Source: a virus. From it: a DNA stretch of 33,631 nt. Below the pieces are notes generated by a model. It was not told where the DNA came from and made no database searches. It worked only from the letters and a program-made list of their open reading frames with translations. A program made the translations under genes and the position numbers. Position 1 is the stretch's first letter. The number at the start of each line of letters is the position of its first letter. Positions 24,464 to 31,612 of the stretch are shown piece after piece. The DNA is taken from the IMG/VR virus record IMGVR_UViG_3300048598_000014, positions 1 to 33,631 of that record; one strand, 5' to 3'.

Positions 24464-24487
24464 AAGCCTGCTATGAAAAGCAGGCTT
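24464..24487. terminator. bidirectional intrinsic terminator (AAGCCTGCT atgaaa AGCAGGCTT)
   Basis: Perfect 9-bp stem between convergent genes. An A-run lies upstream and T-rich sequence downstream. Confidence 0.7.
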
Positions 24488-24491
24488 GATT

Positions 24492-24944
24492 CTATTCAGC
24501 GCATCTCTTGCAGATGTATTCGCTCATCGTCATGCCGGCATCGCATGCGTTCCGCTTTATCTTGTCCAAATCTTCCGGCTTGCACCTGATGGCAATGTTT
24601 GCAGATTTTCCTTCTGACTTCCTGCCGCCGCCGTGGTAGCCGTAGCCGACATATTCTGTTTTTGCGTCTGCTTTTGATATCAAATCATCAAGATTTGATA
24701 TTGTGTTATCGTAGTCATCGATATCGATGTAAAAATCGTTTTTAATGTCAGAAACTTCTGAAATGCATAGTATAAATTTCCCTGTTTTTGTACCGTGTAT
24801 ATTTTCCTCTGATTTTATAAGCTCAAAATCTTTACCGCCTTGATTTACAATAACTCTTGCGAGTCCATTTTTGTATGATATTATTTTTGCATCCTTGACA
24901 ATTTCGCTTGCTTTTTTGCCATACCAATTATCATTGTTTGTCAT
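24492..24944 (-). CDS. hypothetical protein with a C-terminal ribbon-helix-helix-like segment
   Basis: C-terminus IRCKPEDLDKIKRNACDAGMTMSEYICKR resembles CopG/MobC-type RHH. AT-rich gene on the opposite strand. Confidence 0.55.
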   Translation of the reverse strand: MTNNDNWYGKKASEIVKDAKIISYKNGLARVIVNQGGKDFELIKSEENIHGTKTGKFILCISEVSDIKNDFYIDIDDYDNTISNLDDLISKADAKTEYVGYGYHGGGRKSEGKSANIAIRCKPEDLDKIKRNACDAGMTMSEYICKRCAE

Positions 24945-24955
24945 GTTTTTACTCC

Positions 24956-25297
24956 TTATTTAGCGACTGCTGTGTCACAGTCAATTATCGCCTGTTTTGC
25001 TTCGGCTTCTTTCTGCGCCTTGTATTCTGCCGACACATGCGCGGGGAGCTCGGTTACCATGTCATTAGGCCATGCGTGATTAAGAGCAATCATCTGGAGC
25101 TGTGCAGTTTTATTGGCGGCAACGTAATCAGCGCAATACATCCAGTTATTTACACACCAGTCAAAACCCTTTGTAAGCATGCTGTCCATCTGTTTTACGG
25201 TTGACGGTTTAAGTGTACTTTTATCCGCCGCATTGTATGCTTCTGCAACCTGTTTTTTCTGTTCTTCGATTGCCTGTAAAACCTGTTCTTGTTTCAT
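24956..25297 (-). CDS. hypothetical protein (113 aa)
   Basis: Start ATG at 25297 follows AAGGAGAT. First gene of the leftward operon. Confidence 0.55.
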   Translation of the reverse strand: MKQEQVLQAIEEQKKQVAEAYNAADKSTLKPSTVKQMDSMLTKGFDWCVNNWMYCADYVAANKTAQLQMIALNHAWPNDMVTELPAHVSAEYKAQKEAEAKQAIIDCDTAVAK

Positions 25298-25336
25298 ATT
25301 AAATCTCCTTGATGCTTTTCTGCATCTCATGGTTAT

Positions 25337-25365
25337 AATATACAACATATTACTGTTTATGTCAA
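25337..25365 (-). promoter_or_regulatory. leftward promoter TTGACA-17-TATATT (minus strand)
   Basis: Plus-strand tgtcaa at 25360..25365 and aatata at 25337..25342. Exact 17-nt spacer. Confidence 0.55.
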
Positions 25366-25473
25366 TACAAAAACAAAAATAATTTAATTATTTTTTAGGC
25401 TCAAAAACAGCTTTTTTGTACTATATAATCAACAATAAGCGTACAAAAATACACAAAAACAATACTAAAATAC

Positions 25474-25502
25474 TTTACAAATATACAAACATGATATATA
25501 TT
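25474..25502 (+). promoter_or_regulatory. rightward early promoter TTTACA-17-TATATT flanked by 9-bp inverted repeat TATACAAAC/GTTTGTATA
   Basis: Hexamers read directly. Inverted repeat arms at 25482..25490 and 25521..25529. Confidence 0.55.
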
Positions 25503-25571
25503 GATGTTATCAAATAACAAGTTTGTATATAACAACTAAAAAATGTAACAGACTTGTGGGAGGAAAGCTAA

Positions 25572-25760
25572 GTGAACGAAACAGAAAAACCCATATCCAA
25601 AGCCGAGGCGGCTGAGTATCTGGGCATTGCTTTGAGCACGCTCAACAAGTGGGTGAGCGAAGGGATTGTCAAGGTGCACAAGCCAGGTCTTGGTCGGGGG
25701 AAAAACCAGAAGGTTTTTTTTCTGAAATCCGAACTTATCGAGATGGTAAAGGAGGCATGA
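25572..25760 (+). CDS. excisionase/MerR-type HTH DNA-binding protein (62 aa)
   Basis: ISKAEAAEYLGIALSTLNKWVSEG pattern of Xis/AlpA-family HTH proteins. GTG start follows GGGAGG. Confidence 0.7.
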   Translation: MNETEKPISKAEAAEYLGIALSTLNKWVSEGIVKVHKPGLGRGKNQKVFFLKSELIEMVKEA

Positions 25761-25761
25761 G

Positions 25762-25920
25762 ATGTACCATTCGTATTTTACACGGAATTTGAGAGACCCT
25801 GCTGACGTTGAAGATGAGGAAGAATACGAATCAAGACAACGCAGGATTGAGAAGAAGGTTGACGAAGAAATCGACAGAAGGATTGACGAGGAATGTGAGA
25901 GGGAGGCGGTTAATGCTTAG
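25762..25920 (+). CDS. small highly charged acidic protein (52 aa)
   Basis: Hand translated: MYHSYFTRNLRDPADVEDEEEYESRQRRIEKKVDEEIDRRIDEECEREAVNA. RBS AAGGAGG lies 6 nt upstream. Confidence 0.5.
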   Translation: MYHSYFTRNLRDPADVEDEEEYESRQRRIEKKVDEEIDRRIDEECEREAVNA

Positions 25921-26071
25921 ATGCGGATTTGCTTACAAGGGACGTGTGGCAGAAAAGAGGGTCATCGGTGATGTCGAGTGCTACGTGTGGTATGAGCCGA
26001 CCGACTGCGACTACCACAGGGCGGCAAGCGTGCTCGAGATGCGGGCATACATAGACGGACTGCACAGATGA
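25913..26071 (+). CDS. hypothetical protein (52 aa)
   Basis: ATG 25913 lies 6 nt after GGGAGG. The rest of ORF 25808..26071 overlaps the previous gene. Confidence 0.45.
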   Translation: MLRCGFAYKGRVAEKRVIGDVECYVWYEPTDCDYHRAASVLEMRAYIDGLHR

Positions 26072-26412
26072 GGCTTGACAGCGTTACAGAGGACATGGTT
26101 GTCCGCGAGGTGCGCGAGGTGCTCAAACTGCACGGGCTGTTGATACAGCGGATAAATACGGGGTGCTTTGCGATAGGGGATTTTAACAACCGCAGGTACA
26201 TCAGGACTGCGGAAAAGGGGACTTTGGACTTCGTGGGCATGGATCACCACGGACGGCATGTGGAAATCGAGTGCAAGAGACCTGTTGGAGGCAGGCTCTC
26301 GCCGGAGCAGAAAAGGCGCATCGAGACCATCAACGGATGCGGAGGTGTGGCGATTGTCGTACACAGCGGATATGAAGCAATCACATTACTGAAAGAAAGA
26401 AATTGTTTATAA
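26068..26412 (+). CDS. VRR-NUC domain nuclease
   Basis: GTLDFVG...HVEIECKRP.GGRLSPEQ matches the PD-(D/E)xK VRR-NUC pattern. Confidence 0.7.
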   Translation: MRLDSVTEDMVVREVREVLKLHGLLIQRINTGCFAIGDFNNRRYIRTAEKGTLDFVGMDHHGRHVEIECKRPVGGRLSPEQKRRIETINGCGGVAIVVHSGYEAITLLKERNCL

Positions 26413-26425
26413 TAGGAGTAATTTT

Positions 26426-27394
26426 ATGGCAACAACTGGAAAAAAGAAAACAGCAAAGACTGTAGAGACAGCAGAAACAAAACTGCCGAAGGTACTGGAC
26501 ATACCAACGGCAGTGAATGCGCTCATGGCAGAGGCGGCAGGGAAGTCGCTCAGCGTGAACAACATCACGATGAGCATAGACGGTTTGGAGGCATACGTCA
26601 ATGAGACGTTGCCGAACTATGCACCGGACAAATACACCGGTGACGCTGATGCGGCGAAGAAAGACCGCGCAGTGCTGAATGGCGGTCTCAAGCAGATTGC
26701 GGACGCACGCAAGCAGATTATCGCAAAGGCAATGGAGCCGTTCAAACTGCTTGAAACAAGAATGAAAACTCTTGAAAAACAAATGGAGAACGGTTCAGCG
26801 GCGCTTGACGCAATCGTAAAAGAAAAAGAAATCGCAGAAAAAGACGCAAAGAAAAACTTGTGCCTTAAAATCTGGAACGACAAAGGGTTCACCCTTATCG
26901 ACTTTGAGCTAATCTTTGACATCAAATGGACTAATAAGACAACGAAGCTTGAAGACGTATCAAAGGAAATCGACACAATCATCAACCGCATTAAAACGGA
27001 TATAAAGACACTCGAAGCATTGCCGGATGCTGACACACTCAAGGCAATCTATCTGCAATCTCTTGACCTGTCCTATGCAATGAACGAAGCCGCACAGCTT
27101 AAAGCAAACCGGGAACGCGCGACAGCGGAAGCAGCGGCACGCGCTGCGGCAGAACAGCGCGAGCAGATCGTATCACAGTATCACGAAGAGACGGTTGAAT
27201 ATTTCGAGCAGCAGAAGGAAGAGAAGCCTGTAACGCTTGCGGCGGAAGTCCTTGGAGTGGAGCCTGACATTGACCCGATTACAACATACTCACTTGAGTT
27301 TACCGGCAGAAAATCGGATTTGATCGCCATGCGTACATACATGAGCGAGCATGGAATCACATACAAGAAACTGGAAACAGAAGGAGCGTACTAA
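26426..27394 (+). CDS. DUF1351-like recombination-module protein
   Basis: Coiled-coil protein with KKDRAVLNGGLKQIADARKQI. Conserved position upstream of SSB and RecT in Firmicutes-type phages. Confidence 0.6.
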   Translation: MATTGKKKTAKTVETAETKLPKVLDIPTAVNALMAEAAGKSLSVNNITMSIDGLEAYVNETLPNYAPDKYTGDADAAKKDRAVLNGGLKQIADARKQIIAKAMEPFKLLETRMKTLEKQMENGSAALDAIVKEKEIAEKDAKKNLCLKIWNDKGFTLIDFELIFDIKWTNKTTKLEDVSKEIDTIINRIKTDIKTLEALPDADTLKAIYLQSLDLSYAMNEAAQLKANRERATAEAAARAAAEQREQIVSQYHEETVEYFEQQKEEKPVTLAAEVLGVEPDIDPITTYSLEFTGRKSDLIAMRTYMSEHGITYKKLETEGAY

Positions 27395-27852
27395 TGAACG
27401 GAACGAACGTTGTCGCAGTAGTCGGACGTCTCACACGGGACGCGGGAATTAAATACACGGGCGCAGGCATGGCGATTGCATCATGCGCTGTTGCAGTTAA
27501 CACAAGCAGAAAGGACGCACAGGGAAACTGGACTGATGAAGCCAACTTCTTTGATGTCACAATTTTCGGGAAAACGGCAGAAACGCTCAAGCCTTATCTC
27601 ATCAAGGGCAAGCAGATTGCAGTCACCGGACACCTCAAGCAGGACAGGTGGGAAAAGGACGGACAGAAGTTCAGCAAGGTATCAATTGTTGCAGATACTG
27701 TCGAGCTTCTGGGCGGAGACAGACACAGCACGGAAGCAGCACCTCAGGCTATGCAGCAGAGCAACTATGCACAGCAGTACCAACAGCAACAGCAGGCTCC
27801 TGCACAGCAGGAATTCCCCGAAGATATTCCATTCGGCGACACGACATTCTAG
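27394..27852 (+). CDS. ssb: single-stranded DNA-binding protein
   Basis: OB-fold N-terminus VVAVVGRLTRD...FFDVTIFGK.AE, Q-rich linker, acidic C-terminal tip EDIPF. Confidence 0.9.
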   Translation: MNGTNVVAVVGRLTRDAGIKYTGAGMAIASCAVAVNTSRKDAQGNWTDEANFFDVTIFGKTAETLKPYLIKGKQIAVTGHLKQDRWEKDGQKFSKVSIVADTVELLGGDRHSTEAAPQAMQQSNYAQQYQQQQQAPAQQEFPEDIPFGDTTF

Positions 27853-27863
27853 GAGGCAGAAAA

Positions 27864-28793
27864 ATGAGCGATACAGAAGTGGCGGTCAAGCAGACCGCAG
27901 TACAGAGCGTCAACGAGACACCCGAATATTTTTACAACCTTGCTCAGGAATATGCGCACAACAACTACCGTGACCTCACACCTGCACAGTTCAACTTGTT
28001 TGTTGCGACAGCGCGTGAGTGCTGTCTCAATCCGGTAAAGCGTGAGGTTTATGCAGTCACATACAACGACTACAAGTCCGGCGAAAAGAAGATGAACATC
28101 ATCACCGGCTATGAGGTTTACCTCAAGCGAGCAGAGCGCACAGGCAAGCTCAACGGGTGGGAGTGCCACATAGACGGACAGGGAAATCAGATGAAGGCTG
28201 TTGTCACCATCGACCGCAAGGACTGGGAGCACCCGTTCAAGCACGAGGTGTACATGAGCGAGTACAACACCGGCAAATCACTATGGTCAACTAAGCCTAT
28301 CACAATGTTGAAGAAGGTTGCAATGGCGCAGGCTTTCCGACTTGCGTTCCCTGATGAGTTGGGCGGCATGCCGTACACGTCAGACGAACTTGGAACGGAA
28401 GAACAGACGGAGCGCAACGTGACACCGCAGAAGCCTCAGGCTGTAACTGGTGAAGAGACTAAGCCGGCAGAGCCGAAGCAGGTTGAAGCACCGAAGCCGG
28501 AAGAGAAGAAACCGCCGGTGGAGGGCATGACAACTGCGAACAAGATTGCACCACACTGCACACCGATGCAGGCAGAGGAGATGAAAAAACTTTTCGCTTC
28601 AACATATCCAGACGGAACACCTGTCATGGCAGACGATGAAAAGGAAATGTACCGAGCAATGGGCAGAAGCAAGTCAATGCAGGACACAATCACGTCATGC
28701 AGGAAGTATGTCGCTGACAAACTTGCACAGTACAAGCCGCAGACTGCACCGAAGCCGGAGCAGGTGAAGCCGATACCGGAAGAAATATTCTAA
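27864..28793 (+). CDS. recT: RecT/Bet-family single-strand annealing protein
   Basis: LNPVKREVYAV...GYEVYLKRAERTG...LWSTKPITMLKKVAMAQAFRLAFPDELGGMPYTSDE. ATG 27864 follows AGGAGG. Confidence 0.8.
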   Translation: MSDTEVAVKQTAVQSVNETPEYFYNLAQEYAHNNYRDLTPAQFNLFVATARECCLNPVKREVYAVTYNDYKSGEKKMNIITGYEVYLKRAERTGKLNGWECHIDGQGNQMKAVVTIDRKDWEHPFKHEVYMSEYNTGKSLWSTKPITMLKKVAMAQAFRLAFPDELGGMPYTSDELGTEEQTERNVTPQKPQAVTGEETKPAEPKQVEAPKPEEKKPPVEGMTTANKIAPHCTPMQAEEMKKLFASTYPDGTPVMADDEKEMYRAMGRSKSMQDTITSCRKYVADKLAQYKPQTAPKPEQVKPIPEEIF

Positions 28794-28804
28794 GGAGCAT
28801 TGTC

Positions 28805-29236
28805 ATGGCAGTGACCATTGTTTTACATAGGCATTTTCAAAAAGGTTTAATAAGTTTTGATTTGCCAGAAAAAATGTACCAACCGCAGATTATTAATCTG
28901 CTGACCACCTGCCGTGACAAGCACAATGATTATGTGTGTGTGACGCTTGCTACACCGCGCAAGCCTCGCACCACAGGTCCGGGAAGCCAGAATAATCATG
29001 TGTGGGGTCATGCAACGCAGATTGCAACGGAGACAGGAAACGAAGTCGATGATGTCATGGACGCGGCTAAGGAGCGGGCGTTGAAGCGAGGCTATCCGTA
29101 CCACGTGAACAAGCTCACCGGCAAGGTGAAGCCGTACGGCACGGAGGAGCTCGACACCGAGCAGTGCGGGATGTTGATAGATGAACTGCACATGATTGCA
29201 GGAGAAATGGGAATAACACTAATAGAGGCGGAATAA
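28805..29236 (+). CDS. hypothetical protein (143 aa), weak NinB/Orf-like resemblance
   Basis: ORF in the recombination module. The PRTTGPGSQNNHVWGHATQIA segment is loosely reminiscent of NinB RSLDQNRKLW. Confidence 0.5.
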   Translation: MAVTIVLHRHFQKGLISFDLPEKMYQPQIINLLTTCRDKHNDYVCVTLATPRKPRTTGPGSQNNHVWGHATQIATETGNEVDDVMDAAKERALKRGYPYHVNKLTGKVKPYGTEELDTEQCGMLIDELHMIAGEMGITLIEAE

Positions 29237-29279
29237 TGGAACTTAACATAAGCGATAGCGCAAGACAGAGCGCGAACAT

Positions 29280-29507
29280 ATGAAATCAAAACGTATCCAA
29301 CAATCCTGTTATACATGTGACAACCTGATGTTCGATGTGACCAAAGAGGAAATCGAAACACAAAGGATATGCGGTTGCAGGAATCATTCGGGAATATGTT
29401 TTTGGATTGATAAAGGAAAGACGCTTGAGCAGTCTAGAAAAGACCTTTTAAAAGGTGGTTGCAGTGACTGGACAAGGGACGCGGAAAAACAACTGTCCCT
29501 GTTCTAA
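29280..29507 (+). CDS. Cys-containing hypothetical protein (75 aa)
   Basis: ORF in the operon context. Confidence 0.5.
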   Translation: MKSKRIQQSCYTCDNLMFDVTKEEIETQRICGCRNHSGICFWIDKGKTLEQSRKDLLKGGCSDWTRDAEKQLSLF

Positions 29508-29527
29508 AAATTAACGGAGGAAGAAGA

Positions 29528-29746
29528 ATGAACAAATGTTTGATGTGCACAAATATGTGCAAGAGAAAGACGGTAAGCGGAAACTACCGCATAACATGCG
29601 CGGTTAATCGCGATGTTGTTCTTTTTGGTGAGCTTGGCAACGAGCCTATCGTTGACTGCTGTGGGAAATACTCTCCAATGCGCGAGTACGGAAGCAGTTG
29701 TCACGGCATGGCGGTGAACGGACATAGGGCAGGAGGCGGAAAATAA
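29528..29746 (+). CDS. Cys-rich hypothetical protein (72 aa)
   Basis: RBS GGAGGAAG. Its stop abuts the next start. Confidence 0.5.
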   Translation: MNKCLMCTNMCKRKTVSGNYRITCAVNRDVVLFGELGNEPIVDCCGKYSPMREYGSSCHGMAVNGHRAGGGK

Positions 29747-30568
29747 ATGGAACGTATTGCATTGTATTGTGACAGCTTCCAAAACTGGAAGTCACACGAT
29801 ATACAAAAGGCGCAGTTGATTCTGACAGACATACCGTATCAGCTCGGAGATTCTGCATACGGTAGCAATCCAATGTGGTATAACGGTGGTGATAACGATA
29901 ATGGAGAATCAAAATATGCACATAAATCATTTTTCGATACAGATTCAAAAGCAGGTTTCCGCATTGCAGAGTTCTTTCATTTTTGCAGTAATTTGTTAAT
30001 CAAGGAACCGAAAGAAACAGGGAAAGCGCCGTGTATGATTTTATTCTGTGCATTTGAACAGCAGTTTGAATTGATTCAGGAAGCACAGAAATACGGTTTC
30101 AATCATTATATTAATTTGGTATTCAGAAAAAACTTTTCCGCACAGGTACTAAAAGCAAATATGCGCGTAGTCGGCAACTGTGAATACGGTCTTATTTTTT
30201 ACCGCGATAAATTACCGAAATTCAACAATGATGGCAAAATGATTTTTAACTGCATGGACTGGATAAAAGATACCGTGACGCCAAAAGTGCACGAAACACA
30301 GAAGCCGGTCCCGGTGCTCGAAAATCTTATCCGCATTTTTACCGATGTGAATGACGTTGTAATTGACTGCTGTGCCGGTAGCGGGACAACTTTGCTTGCG
30401 GCAAAAAATCTTGAAAGAAGGGCTTACGGATTTGAACTTAAAAAGAAATACGTAAATGATTTTTATGAAAAGATTCTGCCGTGCTATCAACCAGACATGT
30501 TCTGTGTACAAGAAAAGGAAAATAAAAAACTTAAACAGCTAGAATTTATGGAGGCTGTAAATGACTGA
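29747..30568 (+). CDS. DNA methyltransferase (N6A/N4C family) with variant motif IV DIPY
   Basis: LILTDIPYQLG, HETQKPVPVLENLI, DCCAGSGTT. Confidence 0.85.
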   Translation: MERIALYCDSFQNWKSHDIQKAQLILTDIPYQLGDSAYGSNPMWYNGGDNDNGESKYAHKSFFDTDSKAGFRIAEFFHFCSNLLIKEPKETGKAPCMILFCAFEQQFELIQEAQKYGFNHYINLVFRKNFSAQVLKANMRVVGNCEYGLIFYRDKLPKFNNDGKMIFNCMDWIKDTVTPKVHETQKPVPVLENLIRIFTDVNDVVIDCCAGSGTTLLAAKNLERRAYGFELKKKYVNDFYEKILPCYQPDMFCVQEKENKKLKQLEFMEAVND

Positions 30569-30857
30569 CAGCCAGAGGGAGCAGAGACGCACTGCGCTTG
30601 CATGGTCTGGAGGTGTGTGCGAGGTGTGCGGCAAGCCACTCGGTGCATATGCACAGGCTGCACACCGCATTGCAAACACAGAGCCGAACAGAAGGAAGTG
30701 GGGCGCGTGGATAATCGATTCGCCTCTCAATGTCGGTTACACATGCTCGCTTGAGTGCAACCAGTCTTTGAACATCGGCATGGACAAGGGCGCGTGCCTT
30801 GAGCTTGTGCAGAAGATACTTCGGTACGAGCAGAAGAAGTTCATCGATCCGATGTGA
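30561..30857 (+). CDS. HNH endonuclease-like protein
   Basis: CEVCGKPL...AAHRIANTE...CSLECNQ. Overlaps the methyltransferase stop. Confidence 0.6.
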   Translation: MTDSQREQRRTALAWSGGVCEVCGKPLGAYAQAAHRIANTEPNRRKWGAWIIDSPLNVGYTCSLECNQSLNIGMDKGACLELVQKILRYEQKKFIDPM

Positions 30858-30862
30858 TTCAC

Positions 30863-30891
30863 TTTACAAAAAGCGTATAAGCGTATATAAT
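30863..30891 (+). promoter_or_regulatory. strong sigma70-like promoter TTTACA-17-TATAAT
   Basis: Near-consensus hexamers with an exact 17-nt spacer. Confidence 0.6.
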
Positions 30892-30912
30892 ATTAGCGTG
30901 AGCTTATACGCT
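30872..30912. promoter_or_regulatory. 11-bp inverted repeat AGCGTATAAGC(19)GCTTATACGCT bracketing the -10 element (operator-like)
   Basis: Perfect arms read directly. The same arms are found at 2228..2254. Confidence 0.6.
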
Positions 30913-30948
30913 TACTACCGGAGTAGTGACCGGAATGTCGGATAGAGA

Positions 30949-31030
30949 GCCTTTAATCATTGGCATAGCAGGGTTTTATCCGAGCCTTGTGCAGATTCAC
31001 AATCTGGTGCCAATGGTCAAAGGCTTTTTT
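30949..31030 (+). terminator. leader terminator/attenuator-like long stem (GCCTTTAATCATTGGCA / TGCCAATGGTCAAAGGC) + U6 directly before the RBS
   Basis: 17-position stem with one mismatch and one G-U pair, a 42-nt loop, then TTTTTT. AGGAGG and ATG 31047 follow. Confidence 0.45.
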
Positions 31031-31046
31031 ATTAGTAGGAGGTTAT

Positions 31047-31610
31047 ATGACAGTAAAAGAACTTGCACAGTTTACAGGAAAAAGTGAAACAACAGTACAA
31101 CGGTGGGTAAAAAAAGCTAACTGCAAAATGCAGTTATGTAACAACAAAATGCAGTTGCAGAGAGGTCATGAAACAGATTTCAAACTTGAAGAAGTTGAAG
31201 CAATACTCAATTCTTCTAGCATGTCAAAGGATGCTGTTTCAATACTTATCGCTAATGCAAAAAAAAGTCAGCAGAGAGATTGCGGCTCTATGCTGACACA
31301 GAAAGACATGGCTGAAATTTCCGCTGTTGTCTCTATGACAATAAGCCAGATAATGACACCCATTAATGAAAGGATATCGAAACTTGAGAACGGAGTCAAT
31401 GCGCTTCCGGAGCCTGAATATTATTCAATAATCGGTTATGCGAATAAACACGGTGTCAGAGTTGATATTCACGGTGCTCTTGAGCTTTCAAAAAGAGCAA
31501 AACAGCTTTCAATATCAGAGCATAAAGATATCAGGAAGATACCTGATGAACGCTGGGGGCAGGTTAATTCATACAGCGTTTCTGTTCTCAAAGAACTGTT
31601 TGAGGTGTGA
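31047..31610 (+). CDS. HTH DNA-binding protein (first gene of the replication operon)
   Basis: MTVKELAQFTGKSETTVQRWVKK HTH. ATG 31047 follows AGGAGG. Confidence 0.6.
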   Translation: MTVKELAQFTGKSETTVQRWVKKANCKMQLCNNKMQLQRGHETDFKLEEVEAILNSSSMSKDAVSILIANAKKSQQRDCGSMLTQKDMAEISAVVSMTISQIMTPINERISKLENGVNALPEPEYYSIIGYANKHGVRVDIHGALELSKRAKQLSISEHKDIRKIPDERWGQVNSYSVSVLKELFEV

Positions 31611-31612
31611 CC

